Shown: piece after piece, positions 51,614 to 64,000 of the stretch | Position numbering within the stretch: position 1 is the first letter of the stretch | Layout: each line of letters starts with the position of its first letter | NCBI GenBank assembly: GCA_973895155.1 | Contig: OZ316891.1 | Coordinates: 26,529,972-26,593,971, forward strand | Direction: 5' to 3' | Source: Marsupella aquatica | Taxonomy: Eukaryota; Plantae; Marchantiophyta | Length of the DNA stretch: 64,000 nucleotides | Notes under the pieces: generated by a model | Databases searched by the model: none | Told to the model about the DNA's origin: nothing | Seen by the model: only the letters and a program-made list of their open reading frames with translations | Translations under genes and position numbers: made by a program

Positions 51614-51821
51614 ATGATGCACACCAGAGCATTCTTCTCGGGAGTGTGCACTTAGAGAGAGGAACTCATGATGCACACCAGCGTTCTTCTCGGGAGTGTG
51701 CACTTAGAGAGAGGAACTCATGATGCACACCAGAGCGTTCTTCTCGGGAGTGTGCACTTAGAGAGAGGAACTCATGATGCACACCAGAGCGGTCTTCTCG
51801 GGAGTGTGCACTTAGAGAGAG
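51614..51821. repeat. 54-bp tandem repeat x4
   Basis: Unit ATGATGCACACCAGAGCGTTCTTCTCGGGAGTGTGCACTTAGAGAGAGGAACTC, near-identical copies, no spacers. Confidence 0.95.
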
Positions 51822-52497
51822 GTCACTGTAGTCTTGTCCAAACTACGAATACTCCACTCCGTAGTTCTCATCAAATGCCTCCTTCTTTTCTCGTCTCTCT
51901 TGTCTCTCTGTCTGTCTGTTGTGTGGCGATGCACGAGACGCTCGAGAGAACAGAATCGAGAGTTTGGTTTTGGTGTGATGGATCGAGTCGCCCCGTTCCG
52001 AGGACCTTGTCAAGTTGTCATGCTCAATCCCTCGACGGCTGGTTGGTCCATTTGATGAGCGACACTCGTTGCAGAGCTCTGAGGAGACACGCCAATGAGA
52101 AAACGATGGCGAATTGGATTTGACGAGGTGGAGCTGCACGGAGCTTGAACGAAAGAATCGGTGTGTACAGTAGTGAGTGCTATAACCAGTACACGAAGAT
52201 CGAGGGTGAGCTCGAAGCGAATCAGAGTGGAGTGGTGCTTTCCCGTACTTGATTGATCGATCACACGATGTTTAGACGTGGTTGCTGGGTGTCTATGAGG
52301 ACGAGAGAGAGCTCCAACGCTTCGTGGAGGGAAGATTGACCGTAGTGGATTGATTGCAGTACTGCATACTTGATTGCTGAGTGCTTTTGTCAACGAGGAC
52401 GAGGGGAATGGAGGAATTTTATAGCGCCATTCGGTGGACCCTACATGAATGAAGTGTGTGGAGTGTTGGTCTGAACAATACGCCCGAGGAAGAGAAC

Positions 52498-52535
52498 AGG
52501 AGAGGAGAGGAGAGGAGAGGAGAGGAGAGAGGAGA
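52498..52535. repeat. (AGAGG)n microsatellite
   Basis: Run of AGAGG units upstream of the F-box gene. Confidence 0.85.
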
Positions 52536-54117
52536 AAAGTTTATGGTAGGGAGGACGGGAGGAAGAGGTGGTCGATGTGAAGGAAGAGCGGAGGAGCTTC
52601 GGGAAGGCGGAGTTCAAATCCTAGAGAGGGTAGCAGAATACTTATGAGGGAGGGAATCAAGCTGGCAAGGAAAGGGCTACTTTATTCGATGAACGGTTGA
52701 CGGTAAAGCGCGACCATGCAAAAGCTGGGGAAGGTTTGGTACTGGAAGGAGGAGGAACGCAGTTGATTGTTGGCGATACGAGCCGAGTGGCGGGTTGGTT
52801 GTTATGTAGCAGAGGTTTTATGTTTCAGCCGCTGATCAACAAGCTAGGTACATCTAAGCTCCTCAGAGAATTCCAAAGCAGAGGTGGAAGGAACAGAGGG
52901 CCAGCCGAAGGGGAGTCGAGGCTAGGTATTCTCGATCGATACGACACCAAGCGCAACGAGGTAGGGAGGAGGACGGAGTTCACCGGGTGACGGCAATTAC
53001 TAAAGTGAAGCAGGTCGGGCACCTATAACAGAGGAGAGGAGAGGAGGAGGGTGGTGATGATACGTAGATCGACCGATTGATGCAAATCAGAAAAGGGAAA
53101 GCGAAGTGGATGGACTTAACAGGAGAGGAGCTGATTTGACTGATGGATTGATCACTCTTAATCAAAGCAGGGTGGCGCAATGCAAATTAAAGAAAGCAGA
53201 ATAGCAAATTAATCGCCCCTGAGGCAGAGAAGAGCTGGACGGAGCTGAACAGAGTCTCCTGTGTCGATCGCGCGCAAAGTAACACTAGTGCTTCGGAGGG
53301 GCTTCATGACAACGAGGAAGGAGGAGGAGGAGTCGGCAGTTCAGAGAAATTGGGTTCTAGCGTTGGAAGGGGCCTGAAAAGTCATGTCCTCCTCGGCTCC
53401 TGGCTGCATAGGGTAAGAGAAAAGCCAATTCAACCAACCTTCATTTCATTACGCGTTTTGGTGGCTGAAGAGGGTAGGAGAACAGCCAATTGAACAAACC
53501 TCCTTTCCATTACACTTTTTGGTAAGGCCAGAAGAGTCCACTCTCGTTCTGTTTTGCGATTGTCATGATGATTATGGACCACTAGTCCGCGATTGTCGCC
53601 CTTTTCCTTCCTTCCTTCAGTTGATTCAACGCAGTAGGCATGGTATGACAAGAGATAGTCGATCTTCAAGCCCATGCCGGAAGGCACACAAGCTTTAGTG
53701 TAAAGCAGGACGGTGTTTTATGAATGCCGCTGATTGTACTCGAATCACACACGTGCCATCCATCTCAGTGACCTCGGTGCTGCTGTCGGACGGCGACCCT
53801 GTAGAGGTGGGAACCTTTTAGGAATGGAGTCGCCACAGCATGCACTGGGGAAATGACCGGTCTCCATTGATCATTCGGTCAATTTTCTCCGGTGCCGGCC
53901 ACCACTGTGCGCACTTTTTGACGCACTTGTGATTTTGTTACACATGCTCTCTGCTGGTCGACTATCTTGCTTTGGAATTGAGGTCCTCGGTTTGAAATTT
54001 GCTCAATATCGTCCTTGTGAAGCAGGAGGTCCAAAACGGAAGTGCCGGTCGTTTGATCGGCTAGTTTGATCAGTAGATTTGGTTGTTAGAGTTCTGGCTC
54101 GTGAAAGTGTTTGTGTT

Positions 54118-55739
54118 ATGGGGGCGTTCCTGAGTTTTGCGAGAGCACGCTATGGCGAAGAACAGGAGCGCCTGCAGGCTGCCGAGTGTAGCAGCAAGCG
54201 GCAGCGCTTGTCACTGGGATGCCAGGATGAGCATCAGCAGCTGATTCCTGGACTGCCGGACGAGCTTTCTCTGCAGATTCTGGCCAGGGTGCCACGGGGT
54301 AGTCACAAGGTGGTCAGAGCAGTGTGCAGGGGTTGGCACGAGGTGTTGGCAGGAGACGAAATCTTTGAATTAAGGAAGGAGCTCAAGTTGACCGAGGAGT
54401 GGCTGTATGTTTTGGTAAAGGACGAGCAAGAGAGGCTGGTATGGCACGTTCTCGATCCCATAGAGGGACAATGGACGCGTTTACCACCTATGCCGGAGAT
54501 GACCCGAGATGACGAAAACAGGGATCCGAGCTCCTCAGGTCGCGGCTGGTGGACGGCCATCGGGTCCTCTAGCCTCAGAATTTCCGGTCTTTTCAAGGGC
54601 TGGTTCAGGCGCAAGGATTTCCTGGACCGGACTCCATTTTGTGGGTGTTCAGCGGCAGCCATTGATGGCTGCCTGTTCGTGTTGGGAGGGTTTCAACAAG
54701 CCTGCGCAATGAAGTGCGTCTGGCGATATGATCCACGCACGAACGAATGGACTGAGGCTGCCTCCATGGGAACACCCAGAGCGTATTGTAAAACAGGGTT
54801 ATTGGATAACAAATTGTTTGCTGTTGGAGGAGTGAATCGGGGTCGGGGAGGACTGACTCCTCTTCAATCAGCTGAAGTCTATGAGCCCTCGTCTGATTCC
54901 TGGACTCCCATTCCTAACATGCCATTTTCTCGAGCACAGGTGCTTCCCACGGCCTTCTTGGCAGATATGCTGAAGCCCATTGCCACGGGAATGGCTGCTT
55001 TTAAGGGGAAATTGTGTGTGCCACAAAGCCTCTACTCCTGGCCTTTCTTCGTAGACGTTGGAGGTGAGGGGCTCTTCGTTGAGCCGCTTTCTATTTGTGT
55101 CAAATGTAGTGGATGATCTGTTTTTATTTCCTCACTTCGTTTCTCATATCGACAGTCTACTGTGCGTCAGGTGAATGTGGCTCTGTAGTAACATACCGCG
55201 TAATTTTCTTTGAAAGAACGTGTGTTTCTCTCTATCTTATGGCTCTGTCATGGTGCCTTTCTTGTTATTGTACAGGTGAGGTATACGATCCCGTCTCCGA
55301 CGGATGGGTCGAAATGCCGCAAGGAATGGGCGATGGATGGCCTGCTCGTCAGGCTGGCACGAAACTTAGTGTTGTTGTGAATGGGCGGTTGTATGCACTA
55401 GATCCCACCAGTGCAATGGATGGGAGTAAGATTAAGATGTATGATTCAGAACATGATTCGTGGAGAGTAGTACTAAGAAAAGTACCGATTCTCCTGGATG
55501 TTACCGATTCAGAGTGCCCCTATCTATTAGCTGGGTTTAGAGGAAGGCTTCATGTGATAACAAAGGATACGAATGACAATATTGCAGTCTTGCGAGCAGA
55601 CTTCGTAGAACCAGGAGCAGCAACTGGAAGTACTGGCCATTCAAATCCGACAGACATGGAGGAGGAGGGTTGGGAAACAATTTCCACAAGGAGTTTTGGA
55701 ATTGTTGAATTAGTGACATGCCAGGTCCTCGATCTATAA
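54118..55739 (+). CDS. F-box/kelch-repeat protein; exons 54118-55063 and 55276-55739
   Basis: F-box LIPGLPDELSLQILARVP; kelch repeats (CLFVLGG..WRYDP..W, KLFAVGG..EVYEP..W); AQVLPTAFLADMLKPIATG and PQSLYSWPFFVDVGG/EVYDP. The GT-AG intron 55064-55275 splices in frame. Confidence 0.95.
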
Positions 55740-58700
55740 TATGCCAGATACAAGATCCTTCCTAGTACCATCTATAACATTTCTCTGTACCACAGCAGAT
55801 TTTTTGGTTGCCTCTGTAGAGTATTTGTATCACATCGGTATAGTATACTTAACCACTGTAATGATCCTGATTGAGCCTAGTAGGCTGCACATGCTTGCTC
55901 TTTTGACAGTTGGGACTAAGTTACGTACATTAGTCTCTTGGTATTTAGATGTCATATTCTTATAATTTAGCAAATACGGATGTACAACTGGCAGCCTTTA
56001 AGAGTGTTGTCTACTTGTAGATATGGTGGCATCTATTGTTTTACGATCTCCCTGATATACCACATTATGACTTAAGATCCAAATTCTGGGAATTGTCAAA
56101 GATGCCTTTGAGCATGTAGGTTTGGATCACTTTCAACTGCGTGGAGCATTTGAAGACCTTTCAATTAAAATCCACGGTCGTAAATTTTCGACTGTGCTTC
56201 ATGAGATGTATGAATGGGGGAAGATACCACTTCTTGCTAATGGTCAGTTCAGTCACGTCATCTGCACTGCAGTGTCCAAGCCTCTAATGGGAATTGGCAT
56301 GCAAGGATTAATGGACGTGCTGCCCAGGAGTGTCTGCAATCTTTACTCAAATATGCAGGGGGGCTATGGGTTGAAGGTACAACTGCTTTGATTATATTTC
56401 TGGTGCCTTGGAGATGCCAGGGTGGGCAAAATACGACCCTGAGCCTCAATTTTCTGAAAGCCCCATAAGCTTGACTAAGTATGGTCGGAAGACTACTTTC
56501 CTGCTTGTGGAGAGTCCCTTTGTGAATTGGGTAGGGGAGTTTTATGCCTTTCTCATCAAATCAGGTCGTCTTTCATGATATGAATTTTCTACGGATACGA
56601 GTACGCACCAATCTTTATAATCAATTGCTGCCTTTCTCGAAAGTTATAAGAAATAACGTGATGATGTATGCATTATGTGTACACTTTAGGACCAGTCTAT
56701 GGAATCTTTTGTCTGCAATCCATTTCATTGCCAATCATATGTCGCTGCAAATCACTTCAGGAATTTCCCTTTTTTTCTCAAAGGAAATTAACGAACGCAT
56801 CAGAACGATAGCACCAGCTTGACAATGCTTGAGCATTTTACACTTGAACTTGAATTGGACAAGGTTAAAAATGCCATTGTAAATGACCCGAGGTTCTTAA
56901 CTGGTGTTCTCCAACATTCGTTGCTTCTGATGAGGGAGTCAGGTGTCGATGGTGTCCTAGGGCTGCAAGCTAGTTTTCTTTCTTTACAACTACTGCAGGT
57001 GTCTCCTTCTTGGTCGTGGCCAGTTTACTCATGAGGATAAGCTGCAACTCTGCAATGTTTGTGCTCTTGGTTGTCTTCTTCACTTTCAATTAGATCGGCT
57101 TCGTTTTAAAATTATGTTGGCTTTGCACGCATAACTGGCGAATGAGCTAGCTTGCCATACTTTTTAATCCAGTTGCATTAATCCAGTACTTCTGTTCTAA
57201 TCCTGTCCTCGACTTTCATCCGTATGATCTCTTTTTATTATTGTTATTGATTGAAAGTCCCTCACGTGGACATGCTGCAGCTGTCTCCTGGTGTTTCCCT
57301 GTACTTAGTCACTATGGGCTAGGTCAAGGGCTAGGTCACATTCAGCCCTGTCTCCGAATCTGCGCTAGATGGGGTGGGTTTAATCTGCCCTATCGTGGGC
57401 TACTTTAGTTCTTGCAATTTGGGATGAGGCCTTTGACAAATTAAGGAACTTTTGATTTTGTGGCAGATTCGGAATAACGTCCTACTCTTGTGTAAACGCT
57501 AAGGAATTACCAAGTGTGTTCTATATATAACTGAAGCGATGCGGTGTTTTAGTTTTCCTGCCTGGACATCAACTGGCAATGAGTTTGAATATGAAAGAAA
57601 AGTTGCGATTCTGGTTATTCTCTTTCCAATGCAAAACTCAGACGACGGAACACCAACGCAGGAGGATATCAAAGTATCGTCATACAGGTAATTTCACGCT
57701 CTTTGCCACGTATTTATTTTTTCCTTGCTTTTATGGCCGTACGTTTCATCGGCGCTTCCATGGTGTGTCTAAGTTTTCACAGTGGGCACACCTTTCGATC
57801 ACTGTGTGCTACTTCTGTGTTGTCGTGTGTCAGAAAGAGCTTCGAGTCAGAAAGGCTCTGGGGGAGGCTGCTTGATCAGATGTTGAGGAAGGCTTGGGAT
57901 GAGATAGGAATCGAGCAAACTAGCAGTAATAGAAGGGGGCAACAAAGCCAAATTTCTCTGATTTCATGCACTGAAAAAGGGTGCTTGTGGTTGGCTCGTC
58001 TCCTTGTTCCTGAGGGAATGGAGCCCTTATGTCACGCTTTTAGGCCGACAGTAAAGTTTTAGAGGAAGGTAGATACTGTCCCGAGTACTTCATGCAAATC
58101 TAGCACGACAGTTACTGGAACACCGACTCACTCCTAAGACAGGATGGACGACGCAGTCTCAAAGAGGCAGAGCTAGCAATGGCAGAAATTGGTGAGTACT
58201 CTCCTAATCATCGTGGAACATTGATTCATTGGAGTTGCTCACTCTAGCTCGTGGACTTTTTTGATTTGGTGTAACTGGACGGAGGTCGGTCCAGATGTGC
58301 CTGCAACTGATGCTCCTTGCTTTGAATTTTTCCCTTTCAGATTTGCCTGGATTGTTCCCCAGCAGAAAGGTCCCGAAGCTTAAACCAGGCCACTGTGAAC
58401 CGTCAAGCCAAATGTGAGGTAAACTTTCACAGAGAAACTGTTGACGGTATTTTTACTAATGTTCAATTTTCTTGCATTCCTGGCAGTCTGCGTCGAGGTG
58501 AGCAGAACTTCGTTCCTGGTCTGTAGTTGTGGCAAGCGCAATGTCCACCATGGTTGCTAGGCAGGTGAACCATATTGTAGACTGACAAATTACGGGATGG
58601 AAGCTGCCAAAGTATGAACACATTTGATTAATCATAAATACATACACAAATACAACCCCAATCCATCTGACAGCAGCAACCTGTGAAGTATCATCCTCAT

Positions 58701-59624
58701 GACGCAAAACAGTGGGAGCTATCTTCACCCAATTGCAAACGGTAAGAAACAAAATGTCTACGAAGAGACCTAAACACCATTTGTGATACTGTCAGCGACG
58801 ATGAGTACAATTCCAAGGCCGGCGACTGGTCAGGTAGCTGCAGCTCCAGCAACTTATCTGCAAATTGATTGTCAAGAAGCAAAAGGTTAATGCCCATAAT
58901 GGCTGTAGAATTGCAGTGGCCATTAGCTGAGTTGGCGACCTACTGGTGTGAGACAGTCACCCAAGAAATCATTCCGCTGCCAATTTTGATCTTCAGGGTG
59001 CGAAACGAGCAATGGTGGTTGGGGTCTACCTATGTTGTCGTACAGGTTGGCTGATAAGACGAGGGTTTGGATAGGCCGCTGCAATGTGATCGGGTATGTG
59101 TTATTGAGCCATGACCAACAGCACTAGTAGTAGTAGCTTAAGAACAGCTCAACGAAGCACGAGATGCCCAACGCAAAGACCGGAAATCAGTAATCCACCA
59201 TACTCATAGAGAGATCAGAAAATTCAGCGTGACGGACTCCTCTCTCCATCTTCGAAGGCAGGAGTTTACTTGATTGGGGGAGGCTTTATTCGGCCAAATT
59301 TTGCAACTAATCTAGTGTCAGTGGGATTACTCTCTCCATATCTGGGGACACTTCATGGGCTTTCCATCTGTGTATCGGATATTTCTATGTTAAGCACGTG
59401 ACCAAGACACATTGCTCAATACCCACTGGAGGAACATAACAGGGAACAACGTGTGCACAAGATAATCATTGCCACTGCCACCGTCCAAACGGAGTCGAGC
59501 TTTCTAGAGTTACTTTCAGTTGTAGGTCAATCGTCGGGCATTCATCTTGGGCAATCTATTCCAGGAATGCCTCTCTCGTCCACTTTAAACAGCCAATTTC
59601 TCAAGATCGCTGCATGAGACTGTA

Positions 59625-59965
59625 GCTCGTACAGCCCAGTTGATGATGACCAGTAGTGGACCAGAGGAGGTTGGTTTTAGGGCCTGTAGTCGATGATGAG
59701 GAGCAGAGGGGTTTTTAGGGACTCTAGTCATATTCCTCGTCATGAACTAGCTGTACAGCCCAGTTGATCATGACCAGTAGTGGACCAGAGGAGGTTTGTT
59801 TTAGGGAGGTTTGTTTTAGGGCTTCTAGTCATAAGACTCATCAAGGACGTCCTATGCTCAACCAAGGCTTTTCAGTTCTTAGCTTAGTAGTATCTTAGTT
59901 CTATGACTCCAGGGCTCAACCAGGCTTTTCAGCTCGTAGCTTACTAGTATTTTAGTTCTATTCTG
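59625..59965. repeat. Two adjacent tandem duplications
   Basis: GTACAGCCCAGTTGAT.ATGACCAGTAGTGGACCAGAGGAGGTT.GTTTTAGGG x2 and GCTCAACCA.GGCTTTTCAG.TC.TAGCTTA.TAGTAT.TTAGTTCTAT x2. Confidence 0.8.
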
Positions 59966-60724
59966 CTTGGGATTCTGAGTGGGATTCTCAGGCTTTTTTT
60001 GGCTGTTTGGTGATTTACTGTGGAGCTCTACAAGGCTTCTCAGTAGGGTTTTACTTCTTTTGCTAATGTGGGATACTCAGCAACCAATAGTATTACAAAC
60101 TACTCTCCCTCCCCGCACACATTCTCACCTCCACATCTCCAGGGATTGAACCTGAGACCTCTCCGTTCCAGGCTTGCCATCTGATATCCAAATACACAGT
60201 TCATCTCCTTTCTTTTGAGCACTTTAAGTGACGAATGGTGGAGAGGAGGCGCAGAGGCAAGTAAAATTCCGATGGATGTGGGGAGGCACAAGGGCGATTC
60301 ACAATCTAATCTCACACCATACCGTTTGGTATGCTGGCTCCACATTACCGGCAGTATTCTACACACTGGGTCGTGTATTAAGCTATTGGAGCTAGTTGCG
60401 TGTCTGAAACCCAGCAGCTTCTAAGGTACCCACAGTTGATAAGGAATAATTACAGTAATGGGGTTATGGACAAAGCTCCTGAGCTCGTTAAGTAGTGTTC
60501 CTGTGTATGATTGTAACCTACGTTTGTTACAAACTTTTGTTATACTTTCTACTAGCCTCAATGCCTGAGCTTTGCTACAAACTAGATGGTGATTACAATA
60601 GTGCCCATTTTGAGTTCCACCCCAACTTAGAGTCACACTTCTTCGAATGTACAGTTAACTTACAACAATCCAAAACATATGTGCAGATATTTCTATGACG
60701 GAAGGAATGGGGCATTCACAGTCA

Positions 60725-60796
60725 AACAAGTCCTTCCTAAAGTCGGTCTGAGGTGGTGGCAACAAGTCCTTCCTAAAGTCGGTCTGAGGTGGTGGC
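60725..60796. repeat. 36-bp perfect tandem duplication
   Basis: AACAAGTCCTTCCTAAAGTCGGTCTGAGGTGGTGGC x2. Confidence 0.9.
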
Positions 60797-61650
60797 TGCT
60801 GTAGACCGTTAACACCACGGATGCCAGCCCAAGAAAATTCAACAAAGTGTTGGCTTCTCGAGAAAGTCAAAAAGGATTTCGTGCTGGTCTTCGTCCAGCA
60901 AATACCTCACAATCCCAATAATGCTTCAATGGCTCTTTAAAGATCGGTGGTGCCAAGCAAATCTCTCTCGTGTGCGCAAAGTGGGCTCCAAGATGAGATC
61001 CTAGAGTCTTTCCTAGCGAGGTTTCAGTTGTTCATAATCTGAAAGGATCTCTTCATTGCGAAGTATAATCTCAGGTCGATCCAGAAGCTCGGCATTCTAT
61101 AGGCCTGAGCTGTACGTCCCTGTTTGGTAGATACTTTTTTTTCTTTTGCCTTTTGAGCCTTTTGTGGACCAAGAATCACTTTCTGACAGATTGATTGATA
61201 GCTTTCTGTTCACCAAGTGGACGTAATTGATTTGCTGTCTGATCACTGCTGGGTTTATATGTATACATGCGTATTGAATATCGTCTTAGTCTCCGTCTCA
61301 GTGGATTTGGTTGTCCACTGTGATGCCAGCTTGCCAGCAGTTGGGGGCGTGGCAGCCTATACATCAGTGATCGATTGTCTCCAAGTTGAAGCTCGACAAT
61401 CTTCCCTGGGGATGAAAGTCTACTTCCGTCTGAGTCTGAGGGTGAGTCTCAGGCCAGGACACGCTAACGTGTCCGCAACAAATTACCCTGCATGGGGAAC
61501 TGAAATGGTGCAGTATTGAGTCGTTTCCCAGCTTGGAAATCGAGATAATATAGCCTTAATAGCTAGCTTGGATGCATCGTGGTCATCTCGAATACATACA
61601 TCCCTGGCCAGGAACTCACGTGATCTGGAGTTTCGTTCAGTTCAGTGAAG

Positions 61651-63601
61651 ATGGGCGTCATAAGTCCCGAAGTCTTGGTAGCCAAAGTCATTCTGCTCAT
61701 CCTATACCTCGATTGCCTCGCTACTTGTTCAGATCTTTCTCGCAGAGAATTTATTGGCGTTCACGGGGGTGGTCACATCAGGGCACCTCATGAGCGACGA
61801 GGGTTTCGTCGGCAAGCGGGCCACGCAGCCCCAAGGAGAAGCAGACCGTCCTATCTTGAGGTCAGCCAATCGCAGGTGAACGTTAGTTCTACGGAAGCTG
61901 AGTTGCTCTTAGCGTTTCGGAACGGGGTCGCTTACGATCCCTTCAATTCCCTCTCTGGTTGGAACAGAAACAACACCTCAAACTATTGTAACTGGGCCGG
62001 TGTACAGTGCAGCAACAGCAGCAGCTCGATCGGACAAGTGATTGCTCTCCACCTCTCGGGATATGCGCTGGTGGGGACTATTTCTCCCTCTCTAGGTGGT
62101 CTGCAATTCCTGCAGTCACTGGATCTTTCGGAGAATTTCTTTGGAGGAGGCATTCCAATCAGCATCGCCAACTGTTCCAACCTGAACGTCCTGGACCTGT
62201 CACAAAACTTGGTGAGTGGCATTATCCCCACAGAACTGGCGGCACTGTCAAATCTGCAGGAGCTGAACTTGTCCGGGAATGTGTTGGAAGGTGCTATTGC
62301 TCCGTCATTTTCGAATCTATCAGCCCTGAGAGTCCTAGACCCGGAATACAATCAGCTCCAAGGTGATATTATGTCGTTGGCCTGGGGTGGATTTGGAAAA
62401 TTAGAGACCCTCAATCTGGACTCCAATATGATTACCGGTGCTATTCCAGAGTCATTGGGTAATTGCACCAGTTTGATTGATTTGTATCTGTCGAACAACA
62501 ACTTCTCTGGGCTGGTCACAAATATGTTTGGAGGGCTGAAAGCCCTTCGTTCCCTTTGGCTCCGCCAGAATTTTCTTGTAGGAGGGATCCCCGACGATCT
62601 GGGAAGTTTACGGCAGCTCACGGTTCTGTCCCTCAGTGAAAATTGTTACACAGGGTCTATACCTGCCTCTCTGGTCAACTGCTCTTCACTGACTGATTTA
62701 AGTTTGTACCTGAACCAGTTGAGTGGACAATTACCCGCTAATATTGGCATGTTGTCTCAGCTCCAGTACCTATACTTGTGGGGTAACAGTTTCACAGGTG
62801 TCATCCCTTCAAGCCTGTTAAACTGCACCTCTCTGACTGAGATCTTCATCAACATCAATTTCTTCAGTGGGGAGATTCCGGAGGCACTGGGTAGTTCGCT
62901 AAGCAACCTGCAAATACTTGATCTCCGCATGAACAGTTTCCAAGGTGCAATTCCCGCCTCTCTCAGCAACATCTCCCATCTTCGGAAATTGTTGCTCCCT
63001 CTCAACCAGTTCACTGGCGAAATTCCTCGCGAGCTTGGGCTCCTTAAGAACTTGACAAAATTGGATCTCGCGAGCAACTTTCTTGTGGGTCAGATTCCTC
63101 CTGATCTTGGGAATTTAGCTAACGTGATCTCCCTTAACCTGGCAACAAATCAACTTGTTGGCCACATTCCCCCTTCTCTCGGTCAACTCGCCAACCTACA
63201 AGGACTGAACCTGTCTAATAACTATTTGACAGGGGGCATTCCACGTGAGCTATCTCATTGTACTAAGCTTTTTATGGTGGACTTGAGAGGAAATGTTCTC
63301 ACTGGTAGCCTCCCGGACGAGATTGGAAACCTGATGGCCTTGAATCGACTGTATCTGAACAATAACCAATTCACAGGCTCAATATCACCCGTTTTCGGAC
63401 AGAGCTCGGCAAACCTCATCGAAATAAATGTAGCCTACAACAGTTTCAGCGGTGTCATTGCCGGGTTCGACTTTGGGACTCTGCGAAATCTTCAGCTGAG
63501 CTTGGACATGTCTCACAATTTTTTTTCGGGGGCCCTAACGTCAGGGATTGGAGCACTCGAGGCCGTTCAGAATATCAACTTGTCTTTCAATGCCTTTTCA
63601 G
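61651..63601 (+). CDS. LRR receptor-like kinase/protein, first exon (ectodomain); the gene probably continues beyond the window
   Basis: Signal peptide, LRRNT cap (LLAFR..DP..LSGW..CNWAGVQC), more than 20 plant-type 24-aa LRRs (LxxLxLxxNxLxGxIP), and a likely donor TCAG/GTAAAT at 63601/63602. Confidence 0.92.
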
Positions 63602-64000
63602 GTAAATCGCAGTGTTTTCATACGCATTTTGTGCTTGTGATCGGGACTACAGCGCCCGCGGCATTCCCCCGAGTTATTGAATGAGAACCTGAATGATGAG
63701 GAGAGGAAAGTCCAGGGACGGTTACTGCAGTGTCGCAATGGGATGTCAATTTAGCAAAAAGTTCGCGATGTTAAGAATCAATTTGCAGTTGTATTGACAG
63801 CGTCCAGTGAAATGATAGATGTTGGAATTCTTTAGTAGACAATACGCGACAGACCCGAATGGAACAAGCGAGGAAAGAAGAATTTTGCAGTTTCATGGAG
63901 AGGGTTGAGTGAAACAACAGGTGACTGCTTGAATTCTTTCGTAAACATATGCGGCAGACTGAATGGAAGTGGAGAGGAGCAAAATATGCCCTCCTTCGAG

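Noticed and set aside
58456-59054. Hydrophobic minus-strand ORFs suggesting a membrane protein
   Set aside because: No recognisable motif or consistent splice structure.
60128-60195. tRNA/SINE-like B-box on the minus strand (GGTTCAATCCCTGG)
   Set aside because: No convincing cloverleaf, A-box or TSD could be built.
61983-63077. Long minus-strand ORFs of 89-122 aa
   Set aside because: They are antisense shadows of the LRR coding exon; the same applies to ORFs overlapping the peroxidase, SerRS and F-box genes.

Overview
Eukaryotic nuclear DNA from a land plant; the protein flavour suggests a non-seed lineage, but the species cannot be fixed from the sequence. Apparently intact spliced genes: a YbhB/YbcL-type PEBP (+, 8.7-10.2 kb), a class III peroxidase (-, 11.6-14.1 kb), a La RNA-binding protein (+, 24.7-28.3 kb, with a probable U12 intron), a cytosolic-type seryl-tRNA synthetase (-, 30.3-32.5 kb), an F-box/kelch protein (+, 54.1-55.7 kb) and the first exon of an LRR receptor (+, from 61.65 kb, continuing past the window). 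Repeat debris between them includes an internally deleted PIF/Harbinger element with exact TIRs and a TTA TSD, a solo LTR, a Mutator-like MITE, a 23S rRNA fragment and many tandem repeats. The most interesting stretch is 33-51 kb. A decayed Helitron-type Rep/PIF1 gene with unknown accessory ORFs sits next to a convergent, decayed gene whose C-terminus looks like a TET/JBP-family DNA-base dioxygenase (DFCTKMHKD...HGTT, without the usual 2OG-binding Arg). A pseudogene fragment near 4.4-4.7 kb resembles a fungal/bacterial protein family and may be an HGT relic. All family calls are by-eye motif recognition; no searches were run.
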